The notes beneath the pieces are model-generated. The model saw nothing but the letters and a program-made list of their open reading frames with translations. It ran no database searches and was not told the origin of the DNA. From assembly GCA_023819035.1 (NCBI GenBank), contig JAMWCL010000002.1, forward strand, positions 1-57,336: a stretch of 57,336 nt of DNA, read 5' to 3'. This DNA is from Candidatus Omnitrophota bacterium. GTDB lineage: Bacteria > Omnitrophota > Gorgyraeia > Gygaellales > Profunditerraquicolaceae. Below, one piece after another: positions 41,936 to 50,495 of this stretch. Within the stretch, counting starts at the first letter, position 1; every line of letters starts with the position of its first letter. A program made the position numbers and the translations under genes.

Positions 41936-43310
41936 ACAAATCAGGTTTGGTACCGATGGCTTTCGCGGGATTATCGCAGATAACTACACCTTTGATAATC
42001 TGAGAATCCTTACCCAAGCCACTGCAGATTATTTAGGCGAAGCAAAAACCGTTGCCTTAGGCTATGATACCCGTTTTATGTCTAAAGAGTTTGCGGAATT
42101 GGTTGCGGAGATATTAGCAAGCAATCGGATTACGGTATTGCTTTCTGATAGGATTATCCCTACCCCTTGTTTAAGCTTCACGGTAAAGCAAAAGAGATTA
42201 GATTTAGGGATTATGATTACCGCCTCCCACAATCCTTATCAATATAATGGTTTTAAGATAAAACTATCTACAGGTGGAGCTGCGCCTGCAGAGGTAACTG
42301 AGAGGATTGAGGCCTTATTAGGTAAACATCCCATAAAGCAAGACCCTCAGGAGGCAGGAAAAAGGATAATCAGAAAGGATTTTCTTTCTGATTACATAAG
42401 ATTTATCCGTGATTATATTGATTTAAAAAGAATAAGAAATAAAAGATTCAGGGTTTTAGTAGATGTAATGTATGGTGCAGGCGATGGTATTATTGCCCAG
42501 ATACTTAAAGGAACCGTGATAAAATTAGAATTTATCCATAACCAGATTAATCCTGCTTTTGGGGAGATTAGACCCGAACCCATCGAGGAGAATCTAAAAG
42601 AATTAAAAACAAAGCTTAAAAAAGAAAGGTTCGATATCGGGATCGCCTTAGATGGAGATGGTGATAGAATTGCGGCGGTAGCTCCGGGCGGTATATTTAT
42701 TCATCCGCAAAAGATCTTAGGATTGCTTGCCTTACACCTAGCTGAGGATAAAGGTTTCTCTGGTGGGATCGTTAAGACCATCTGTGGCAGTACCCTTATC
42801 GACCATATCGCCCAGGCTTTAAATGTAAAACTCTATGAGACACCCGTAGGTTTTAAATACATCTCTAATCTTATGCAGAGCCAAGATATATTAGTAGGTG
42901 GAGAAGAGGCAGGTGGAATGGGGGTAAAAGGTTATATCCCGGAACGCGACGGAATCATGGCAGGACTTTTGCTTATTGAAATGATGGTTTATCGCAATAA
43001 AGATATTTTAAAGATCGTAAATGAGATGGAAAAAAGGTTTGGCAGGTATTATTATCTGCGTCAGGATTTAAGTTTAGACAGGCCAATAGAGTTAAAAAAA
43101 GATAATCTCCCTCAGGAATTATTAGGTAAAAAGGTTATCCAGGTAAAAGATTACGATGGACTAAAGCTTATCTGCGAGGATGAAAGCTGGTTAATGTTCC
43201 GCGTCTCGGGTACTGAGCCAATGGTCCGGCTTTATTCTGAGGCAAAGAGTATAAAAAAAGCAAGGCAATTGCTTTCTTTGGGTAAAATGATTCTCGATTC
43301 CTGGTTATAA
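41925..43310 (+). CDS. Alpha-D-phosphohexomutase (phosphoglucomutase/phosphomannomutase family)
   Basis: FGTDGFRG, active-site TASHNPYQYNGFK, metal loop DGDGDR, GEEAGG. Confidence 0.85.
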   Translation: MQNKQIRFGTDGFRGIIADNYTFDNLRILTQATADYLGEAKTVALGYDTRFMSKEFAELVAEILASNRITVLLSDRIIPTPCLSFTVKQKRLDLGIMITASHNPYQYNGFKIKLSTGGAAPAEVTERIEALLGKHPIKQDPQEAGKRIIRKDFLSDYIRFIRDYIDLKRIRNKRFRVLVDVMYGAGDGIIAQILKGTVIKLEFIHNQINPAFGEIRPEPIEENLKELKTKLKKERFDIGIALDGDGDRIAAVAPGGIFIHPQKILGLLALHLAEDKGFSGGIVKTICGSTLIDHIAQALNVKLYETPVGFKYISNLMQSQDILVGGEEAGGMGVKGYIPERDGIMAGLLLIEMMVYRNKDILKIVNEMEKRFGRYYYLRQDLSLDRPIELKKDNLPQELLGKKVIQVKDYDGLKLICEDESWLMFRVSGTEPMVRLYSEAKSIKKARQLLSLGKMILDSWL

Positions 43311-43895
43311 ATGCTTTACTCTTTTCTAAAGCCAATCGCAGTATTTTTATTTAAGCTTCTTTTTCGCCTGGAGATATACGGCAAGGATTATATTCCTAAG
43401 GAGGGAGGGTTCATTCTGGCCAGTAATCATGTCAGTTATTTAGACCCAATCGTCTTAGGGGTGGCCTGTTCAAGGAGATTAAATTTTATGGCGAAGGAGG
43501 AATTATTTGAGAATCCTGTCTTTTCCCGGTTTATCTCTTTATTAGGTGCTTTTCCCGTGAAAAGAGACTCTGCGGATTTATCGGCAATAAAAGAGGCAAT
43601 GCGACGCCTAAAGAAAGGTATGGTTTTAGTTTTATTTCCCGAAGGAAGTCGTCGCTTTGATGGGTATAAGCTTAAGCCTTATTCCGGAATTGGATTTTTA
43701 AGCGCAAAACTAAATGTGCCGGTGGTTCCGGTTTTTATTCATGGCACAGATAGAGCACTGCCTAAGAACGCCAAATTTATCCGTTTAACTAAGATCTCCT
43801 TACACTTTGGTAAGAAGATTTCTTTTGGTAAAGATATGCCTTATCCAGAGATTGCCCGCATAGTGATGGAAAGAATTAATCAATTAGCTTATTAA
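43311..43895 (+). CDS. plsC: 1-acyl-sn-glycerol-3-phosphate acyltransferase
   Basis: NHVSYLDP (HX4D) and FPEGSR motifs. Confidence 0.88.
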   Translation: MLYSFLKPIAVFLFKLLFRLEIYGKDYIPKEGGFILASNHVSYLDPIVLGVACSRRLNFMAKEELFENPVFSRFISLLGAFPVKRDSADLSAIKEAMRRLKKGMVLVLFPEGSRRFDGYKLKPYSGIGFLSAKLNVPVVPVFIHGTDRALPKNAKFIRLTKISLHFGKKISFGKDMPYPEIARIVMERINQLAY

Positions 43896-43924
43896 AAATT
43901 CTTGATTGAAGGAGGAAAATAAAG

Positions 43925-45469
43925 ATGAATAATGAAGAAAAGATTAATCTGCAACAGCTTTATAATCAAACGGTTAAAACTATTCATGAGGATGAGATGA
44001 TTAAAGGTAAGATCGTCTCTATAAGACCTAAGGAGGTGCTGGTGGATGTAGGGTTTAAATCCGAAGGAATTATCCCTATAAATGAGTTTCTTCCTGAAGA
44101 GCTTCAGATAGGTAAGGAGCTTGATTTTTTTGTAGAATCGATAGAAAACGAGGTGGGTGCTATTGTCCTTTCTCGCGAGAAAGCAAGGCATATTCAGGGA
44201 TGGAGTAAGATTGTTAAGCAATATGAAGAGGGTAGTCTTGTGGATGGCATACCATATAAGAAGGTAAAGGGTGGCTTTATGGTTAGTGTCTCAGGGATAG
44301 ATGGATTCCTGCCGGCCTCTTTATCTGCTTTTAAGGGCATTCCCGAAAAAGAGATTCTTAACCGGATATTTAAGTTTAAGATTATTAAGACTAATAACCT
44401 GCGCCGAACCCTTATTCTTTCCCGTAAAGAAGCAGTACAGAAGGAAAAACAAGAAGCCAAGGAAAAAATCTGGCAAGGATTAAAGATAGGGCAAACGGTT
44501 ACCGGAACCGTTAAAGCGATAACTGATTTTGGTGCCTTTATTGATTTGGGAGGAGTGGATGGTTTATTACATATTGCGGATATGTCCTGGTCAAAGATAA
44601 GCCATCCTTCGGAGATTGTAGCTTTGGGCGATAAGATTGAGGTGATGATTTTAAGTATAGATAGACAGCAAGAAAAGATCTCCTTAGGTCTTAAACAGAA
44701 GTTACCCGATCCCTGGCAGGATGTTGAGAAAAAATATGCGGTTGGCTCAAAGGCGAAGGCAAAGGTAGTAAATATAACCAATTATGGTATATTTGTAGAG
44801 TTAGAAAAGGGCGTGGAAGGTTTAATTCATACCTCTGAGATTTCCTGGACAAAGAGAAATATTAAACCCTCTGAGATGTTTGCCATCGGGGATATTTTGG
44901 AAGTCCAGGTTTTAAGCATTGATAAAGAAAATCGACGCATCTCCCTAAGTCTTAAGCAACTTGAACCAGACCCCTGGCAGGATGTGGAACAGAGATTTCA
45001 AGTAGGAACAAAGGTTAGTGGTAAGGTACGCGGCTTTACCGATTACGGTGCATTCGTAGAATTAGATAATAACCTAGAAGGCCTGATTCATGTCTCGGAT
45101 ATGTCTTGGACAAGGAAGGTTTCTCATCCTCAAGAGGTATTAAAGAAGGGACAGAAGGTAGAGGTAATTGTACTTTCGGTAGATCCTCAAAATCGACGTA
45201 TTGGCTTAGGGCTTAAGCAACTTCAGCCCAATCCCTGGCCAGAGATCGCTCAGCGTTATCCTTTAAATACTGTCCTTGAGGCAGAGGTGGTAAGTATCAC
45301 TGAATTTGGGGTATTTGTAAAATTAGAGCCGGATTTAGAAGGTTTGGTTTATGCCAGTGAGATTGATAAAGAGCTGGTTGCCAGATTAAAACCCAAAGAC
45401 AAACTAAAGGTTAAGGTTATCAGGGTAGATATACAGCAAGGAAAGATTGGTTTAAGCGCAAAGGTATAA
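43925..45469 (+). CDS. rpsA: 30S ribosomal protein S1
   Basis: Repeated S1 domains (G.V..I..fGaFv.l..g..GL.H.S). Confidence 0.93.
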   Translation: MNNEEKINLQQLYNQTVKTIHEDEMIKGKIVSIRPKEVLVDVGFKSEGIIPINEFLPEELQIGKELDFFVESIENEVGAIVLSREKARHIQGWSKIVKQYEEGSLVDGIPYKKVKGGFMVSVSGIDGFLPASLSAFKGIPEKEILNRIFKFKIIKTNNLRRTLILSRKEAVQKEKQEAKEKIWQGLKIGQTVTGTVKAITDFGAFIDLGGVDGLLHIADMSWSKISHPSEIVALGDKIEVMILSIDRQQEKISLGLKQKLPDPWQDVEKKYAVGSKAKAKVVNITNYGIFVELEKGVEGLIHTSEISWTKRNIKPSEMFAIGDILEVQVLSIDKENRRISLSLKQLEPDPWQDVEQRFQVGTKVSGKVRGFTDYGAFVELDNNLEGLIHVSDMSWTRKVSHPQEVLKKGQKVEVIVLSVDPQNRRIGLGLKQLQPNPWPEIAQRYPLNTVLEAEVVSITEFGVFVKLEPDLEGLVYASEIDKELVARLKPKDKLKVKVIRVDIQQGKIGLSAKV

Positions 45470-46644
45470 TGATTACCCAAGAGATTGAAAGACAACTTGC
45501 GATAATTAAACGTGGGATAGAAGAGATAGTCTCAGAAGAAGAATTAAGACAGAAGCTAAAAGAAAGTTTAAAGAGCAAAAGGCCATTAATAATAAAAGCA
45601 GGTTTTGACCCCACTGCTCCAGATATCCATCTGGGCCATACCGTACTTTTAAGAAAGATGCGTCAATTCCAGGAGTTAGGCCACAGGGTTATATTTTTAA
45701 TCGGTGATTTTACCGGTCAGATTGGTGACCCTACTGGTCAAGATAAGACCCGTAAACGCCTAAGCGAAGAAGAGGTAAAAAGGAATGCCTTAACCTACAA
45801 GAAACAGGTATTTAAGATCTTAGATGAAAAAAAGACCGAGGTGGTCTTTAACAGTAGTTGGTTTAAAAGGATGAGCTCAACTCAAATCCTGGAATTATCC
45901 GCACATACTACCTTAGCCCAGCTTTTAGCCCGCCACGATTTTAACCAGCGTTACAATCAAGGAAAGGATATCTCCCTTTTGGAGTTCTTTTACCCTTTAC
46001 TTCAAGCTTATGACTCCGTTTATTTAAAGGCAGATGTAGAGATTGGCGGGATCGATCAGAAGTTTAATCTCTTATTAGGCAGAGAACTACAAAAAGATTT
46101 TGGCCAGAACCCTCAGGTTATCATTATGCTTCCTCTTTTAGAGGGAACCGATGGTCTGCATAAGATGAGTAAATCCTTTGGTAATTATATTGGTATTGAT
46201 GAACCGGCTAATGAGATGTTTGGAAAGATTATGTCTATCTCAGATGAACTGATGCTTAGATATTATACCCTTTTAACCGATGAAGACTTAAATTTAATTA
46301 AAAATATGCATCCTAAGGAAGCAAAATTAAGATTAGCTGAGCTTATGGTTAGCCAATACCATTCCCAAGAGAAAGCCCATAAAGCGCGTTTAGAATTTGA
46401 GCGGGTCTTCAGTCAAAAAGAGGTACCTCAGGACATCCCGCTTTATAAACTCTCTTTAAATGAGACCATCTTAGATATCCTTACTAAAGCTGGCCTGGTT
46501 CAGACTAAAAATGAGGCCAGACGTCTAATTAAACAAAAGGCAGTTACCCTTAATGAAAAAATAATTGATAATGAGAAGGCAGTGATTGTAACCTGTGGCA
46601 TTTTAAAGGTAGGCAAAAGACGCTTTTTAAAATTAGAAAGATGA
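45469..46644 (+). CDS. tyrS: Tyrosine--tRNA ligase
   Basis: HLGH, GGIDQKFN, KMSKS, and a C-terminal S4-like domain (EARRLIKQKAVTLN). Confidence 0.9.
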   Translation: MITQEIERQLAIIKRGIEEIVSEEELRQKLKESLKSKRPLIIKAGFDPTAPDIHLGHTVLLRKMRQFQELGHRVIFLIGDFTGQIGDPTGQDKTRKRLSEEEVKRNALTYKKQVFKILDEKKTEVVFNSSWFKRMSSTQILELSAHTTLAQLLARHDFNQRYNQGKDISLLEFFYPLLQAYDSVYLKADVEIGGIDQKFNLLLGRELQKDFGQNPQVIIMLPLLEGTDGLHKMSKSFGNYIGIDEPANEMFGKIMSISDELMLRYYTLLTDEDLNLIKNMHPKEAKLRLAELMVSQYHSQEKAHKARLEFERVFSQKEVPQDIPLYKLSLNETILDILTKAGLVQTKNEARRLIKQKAVTLNEKIIDNEKAVIVTCGILKVGKRRFLKLER

Positions 46645-47642
46645 GTTCGAAGCGTCACTACCTTATCGATAATCAAAACCGTCTTATCGTAAAGCAAAAA
46701 GATAAAAGATTACTACCCCAAGGAAATTTTTCTGTAGATAAACATAACCACCTTATCTATCATCTCAATGAGCCTTTTAGCTGGCGTAGGCAATATGGTT
46801 CTGGCAAAAAAATCTGTTTCTTAGGTAACTGGAGGCTTAATCCTAATTATGACTTAGAGATGATTTTAAATAAGACCAACACTCAGTTTGCTCAAGATCG
46901 GCTTACCCTTAAAGGTGAGATTATCTCCGTAGAGAAAGATAGTTTAATCTTTGAAACCCACAGTATTGATAAATATGGGCAAAGCCATATCCAGCTGATT
47001 AAGCTAACCGGCTTCTGGAAGGCAGACCAATATAATCGGCTCTGCTTTGTAGTAAAAAAAGAAACCCAACCCGATATCCTTGTCTTTAAGGGCACCTGGC
47101 AGATAAACCAGAATCAAAAGATTACTTATACCTATGAAAAAACGGATTTAAAGACCCAAACCAAGCATTTACATACCCTGGTCTTTGAAGGGTTCTGGGA
47201 GATTAATGAAAGGAATAGGCTTACCTATATCTTATCTAAAGGCATAGATTCTCGCTTTGATTTTCGTGTGCAGATGGAGAGCCCAAACCTTTATCCGCAG
47301 GATAAGGCTATAAGATATCGGATTGGTATAGGCCTAAGAAAACAAAGGTATAAAATTATTTGTTTATACGGGACCTGGAAATTTAGTAAAATATCCAGCC
47401 TTTTATTTTTAATAGATTATGGAAGAAATCAGCTCCAAGCCATCGAATTCGGTTTAGTCTATAACCTTACCCGGAAAGAACAAATAGAATTTTTATTAAC
47501 TAACAAACAGAAACAGCCCTTAGGTTTATCGATTACCTTTAGTCGCAAGTTATTAAGGGATTCTGAAGCCAAGGGATTTTTAAGGCTTAAGGACATAGAG
47601 AAAGATAAATCTATTGAGGCGGGATTGCGCATTCCCTTTTAA
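46641..47642 (+). CDS. Hypothetical protein with about seven ~45-aa beta-strand repeats
   Basis: Recurring motif: GNWRLNPNYDLEMIL, GFWKADQYNRLCFVV, GTWQINQNQKITYTY, GFWEINERNRLTYIL, GTWKFSKISSLLFLI. ATGA overlap with the tyrS stop. No signal peptide or TM. Confidence 0.6.
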   Translation: MSSKRHYLIDNQNRLIVKQKDKRLLPQGNFSVDKHNHLIYHLNEPFSWRRQYGSGKKICFLGNWRLNPNYDLEMILNKTNTQFAQDRLTLKGEIISVEKDSLIFETHSIDKYGQSHIQLIKLTGFWKADQYNRLCFVVKKETQPDILVFKGTWQINQNQKITYTYEKTDLKTQTKHLHTLVFEGFWEINERNRLTYILSKGIDSRFDFRVQMESPNLYPQDKAIRYRIGIGLRKQRYKIICLYGTWKFSKISSLLFLIDYGRNQLQAIEFGLVYNLTRKEQIEFLLTNKQKQPLGLSITFSRKLLRDSEAKGFLRLKDIEKDKSIEAGLRIPF

Positions 47643-47724
47643 TTAAGGATAAAGTTTATTAGGTTATTTAACCTATATTGGGATTTTTGAGACCGTAAGA
47701 ACCCTAATAAGCTAAGGAGGCGAT

Positions 47725-48720
47725 ATGGCTAAAAAGGCATTAATTACCGGGATTACTGGTCAGGATGGTTCATATTTAGCGGAGCTACTTTTAGAAAAGG
47801 GTTATAAGGTCTACGGGATAGTAAGAAGGGTTGCCTTTGAAGACTCCGAGCATAGACTTTGGCGGATAAGACATATCATAGATAAGCTCACCTTAGAGTC
47901 AGGCTCTTTAGAAAGCTATGCCAGTATTTTTAAGGTGATAGAGAAGGTAAGGCCTGACGAATGCTATCACTTAGCTGCCCAGAGCTTTGTGAGCTATTCC
48001 TTTGAGGATGAATTCTCCACTTTAAATATAAACATAAATGGAACCCTTTATATGCTGGCAGCCATTAGAGAAAAGGCGCCTAAATGTAGGTTTTATTTTG
48101 CGGGAAGCAGTGAGATGTTTGGATTAGCAAAAGAAAGCCCTCAGAATGAAGATACACCTTTTCATCCCCGTTCACCTTACGGAATCTCAAAGGTAGCGGG
48201 ATTTGATTTAACCCGAAACTATCGGGAATCCTATGGTCTTTTTGCTGTCTCAGGGATTTGCTTTAATCACGAATCCCCCCGCAGGGGCTTTGAGTTTGTC
48301 ACGCGTAAGATCTCTTATACTGTGGCTCAGATTAAATTAGGCCTTGCTAAGGAACTGCGTATCGGAAACATAGAAGCAAAGAGAGACTGGGGTTTTGCTG
48401 GGGATTATGTTAAGGCAATGTGGCTTATGCTTCAGCAGGATAAACCTGAGGATTATGTGATTGCCACAGGCGAAGGTCATTCGGTAAAGGAATTTCTGGA
48501 ATTAGCCTTTAGTCATGTAGGGCTTAACTGGAAGAAATATGTGGTGGTAGATAAACGGTTTTACCGACCTGCGGAGGTCTATAACCTGGTAGGAGATTAC
48601 AGTAAAGCCAGAAAAAGGTTGGGCTGGAAGCCAACGGTAAGATTTGTCGATCTGGTAAAGATGATGGTGGAGACAGACTTAGAGCGTTTAAAGAAAAGAC
48701 CGATGGATAAGCATGCTTAG
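47725..48720 (+). CDS. gmd: GDP-mannose 4,6-dehydratase
   Basis: ALITGITGQDGSYLAELLLEKGY, YGISK, FNHESPRRG; SD AAGGAGG. Confidence 0.93.
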   Translation: MAKKALITGITGQDGSYLAELLLEKGYKVYGIVRRVAFEDSEHRLWRIRHIIDKLTLESGSLESYASIFKVIEKVRPDECYHLAAQSFVSYSFEDEFSTLNININGTLYMLAAIREKAPKCRFYFAGSSEMFGLAKESPQNEDTPFHPRSPYGISKVAGFDLTRNYRESYGLFAVSGICFNHESPRRGFEFVTRKISYTVAQIKLGLAKELRIGNIEAKRDWGFAGDYVKAMWLMLQQDKPEDYVIATGEGHSVKEFLELAFSHVGLNWKKYVVVDKRFYRPAEVYNLVGDYSKARKRLGWKPTVRFVDLVKMMVETDLERLKKRPMDKHA

Positions 48721-48755
48721 TTTCCTCTTTAAAAGTATTTATTTAAGAGAATAGC

Positions 48756-48783
48756 TTGAAAAATAATCAGATAAATATATAAT
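48756..48783 (+). promoter_or_regulatory. Sigma70-like promoter upstream of the second MshEN/GspE module
   Basis: TTGAAA (48756-48761), 16-nt spacer, TATAAT (48778-48783). The ATG at 48794 is only 10 nt downstream. Confidence 0.45.
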
Positions 48784-48793
48784 ATCTCTTAGA

Positions 48794-49243
48794 ATGTCTC
48801 CTTTAAGAAGAAAAGAAAGAATGGGAGAACTTTTATTAAGATTGGGTCTGATTACCGCTAAACAACTCCAGGAAGCCCTTTCTCATCAGATGGATCAAGA
48901 CAAAGGTAAGACTGTAGGTCAGATCCTTTTAGAGTTAGGTTATATTACCCCGGAGAATCTCTGTTTTGTTTTAGGCATTCAAGCTGGTTATCCCTATATT
49001 CAGATTAAGAATTATAAGATCTCACGCGAGGTTCTTTCTTTAGTGCCTGAGGAGATGGTAAGAAAATATCAGGTTTTTCCTTTAGATAAATTCATGGATT
49101 TTTTTATAGTCGCAATGGTTGACCCTCTGGATAAGACCGCGGTGGAGGCATTAAAAGATTTAACCAAAGCTAACCTGATGATTTTTCTTACTACCCCCAA
49201 TGAATTAGAAGAGATGTATTATAAATACTATGCAAAAAGATAA
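48794..49243 (+). CDS. Stand-alone MshEN (c-di-GMP-binding) + T2SSE_N domain protein, second copy
   Basis: Tandem 24-aa motifs RMGELLLRLGLITAKQLQEALSHQ and TVGQILLELGYITPENLCFVLGIQ, then a GspE-N1-like domain (FFIVAMVDPLD). An alternative start at Met10 (48821) is possible. Confidence 0.78.
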   Translation: MSPLRRKERMGELLLRLGLITAKQLQEALSHQMDQDKGKTVGQILLELGYITPENLCFVLGIQAGYPYIQIKNYKISREVLSLVPEEMVRKYQVFPLDKFMDFFIVAMVDPLDKTAVEALKDLTKANLMIFLTTPNELEEMYYKYYAKR

Positions 49244-49254
49244 TCTAAAAGAAT

Positions 49255-50493
49255 ATGGAAGAAACACCCGCTGAATTTGAAAAAAGTCAAGAGAGTATCA
49301 CCCAGAAGTTCTCACCAGAAGCAATTGTGGATGATTCATTGATAAAGATGGTCGATAAGATCATCTTTGATGGTATAGAACAAAGGGCAAGCGATATCTT
49401 GCTTGAGCCACAAGAGAATGAACTACGGGTGAGATTTAGAATTGATGGGCTACTTTATAAACATACCGATATTCCTAAGATAATTCAAGAAAATGTAATC
49501 ACGCGCCTAAAGATAATCTCGGGTTTAGATATCAGTGAACACCGCCTACCTCAAGATGGAAGGTTTAAATTAAAGATTAGAAATGCTGAGGTAGATTTTC
49601 GGGTATCAGTTATCCCTTCTACTTTTGGAGAGAAGGTTGCCCTCAGGGTCTTAGATAGCTCAAGGGTTATCCTTGATATAGATGGTTTGGGATTTGATAA
49701 ACGCACGGTTGAACTCTTAAAAAGAAACCTGGTTAAACCATTTGGTATGATCCTTGTCTGTGGGCCAACAGGTTCGGGAAAGACTACCACCTTATATTCA
49801 GCCTTGAAATATATTGATTCTATAGAGAAAAATATTATTACTGTAGAGGATCCTGTGGAATACCAGTTGTTTGGTATAAATCAAGTGGCGGTGTGTGAAG
49901 ATATTGGGCTTACCTTTGCCTCTGCCTTAAGGTCAATATTAAGACAAGATCCAGATATTATCTTGGTAGGTGAGATAAGGGATTTTGAGACGGGGGATAT
50001 AGCAGTAAAGGCAGCCCTTACCGGACATCTTCTTTTAAGCACCCTTCATACCACCTCTGCTCCTGCTTCTTTGGTAAGGTTGGCAAATATGGGGGTTGAA
50101 CCCTTCCTGATTGCTTCTTCTTGTCTTTTGATCGTTTCCCAGGTCCTTGCGCGTAAGCTATGCGTGGAATGTAAGGAAAAATATCATTTAGATAAATCAA
50201 GCTTAGAGAAGCTTAAACATCTAAATTTACCCATAGAAGAAGGTATGGTTTTTTATCGTAAGAAAGGATGTGATTTCTGTAACAATATTGGATACAGAGG
50301 AAGGATTGCTATCGGTGAGAGTATGGAGATAACCCCGGCAATTAGGGATTTAATTATTGCCTCTGCCTCGGAAAAGGAGATTCGTGATGCAGCAATTAAA
50401 GAAGGGATGAAGACCTTAAGAGAGAATGCCTTTAATCTTCTTAAAGAAGGAATAACCGATTTAGATGAGGTCTTAAGGGTAACTGTGATATAA
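49255..50493 (+). CDS. gspE: GspE/PilB-family ATPase lacking the N-terminal N1/MshEN region (412 aa)
   Basis: It begins directly at the N2 domain (IKMVDKIIFDGIEQRASDILLEP). Walker A GPTGSGKTTT, DPDIILVGEIRD, TGHLLLSTLHT, CVECK...CDFC. Confidence 0.88.
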   Translation: MEETPAEFEKSQESITQKFSPEAIVDDSLIKMVDKIIFDGIEQRASDILLEPQENELRVRFRIDGLLYKHTDIPKIIQENVITRLKIISGLDISEHRLPQDGRFKLKIRNAEVDFRVSVIPSTFGEKVALRVLDSSRVILDIDGLGFDKRTVELLKRNLVKPFGMILVCGPTGSGKTTTLYSALKYIDSIEKNIITVEDPVEYQLFGINQVAVCEDIGLTFASALRSILRQDPDIILVGEIRDFETGDIAVKAALTGHLLLSTLHTTSAPASLVRLANMGVEPFLIASSCLLIVSQVLARKLCVECKEKYHLDKSSLEKLKHLNLPIEEGMVFYRKKGCDFCNNIGYRGRIAIGESMEITPAIRDLIIASASEKEIRDAAIKEGMKTLRENAFNLLKEGITDLDEVLRVTVI

Positions 50494-50495
50494 TT

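Noticed and set aside
43892-44221. 109-aa minus-strand ORF spanning the plsC/rpsA junction
   Set aside because: It overlaps the rpsA 5' end and its SD region, has low-complexity and biased composition, and shows no motifs.
30685-47674. Small perfect palindromes in intergenic regions: CTATTTGAAATAG at 30685-30697 upstream of gspG, and AGGTTATTTAACCT at 47661-47674 upstream of gmd
   Set aside because: Palindromes of 13-14 bp in AT-rich spacers are expected fairly often by chance, and no cognate regulator or second copy was seen. I note them only as possible operator sites.
37063-48720. The housekeeping block between the two pilus modules read as an inserted island
   Set aside because: The genes are ordinary core functions with the same strand and similar composition by eye. 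There are no flanking repeats, tRNA or integrase.
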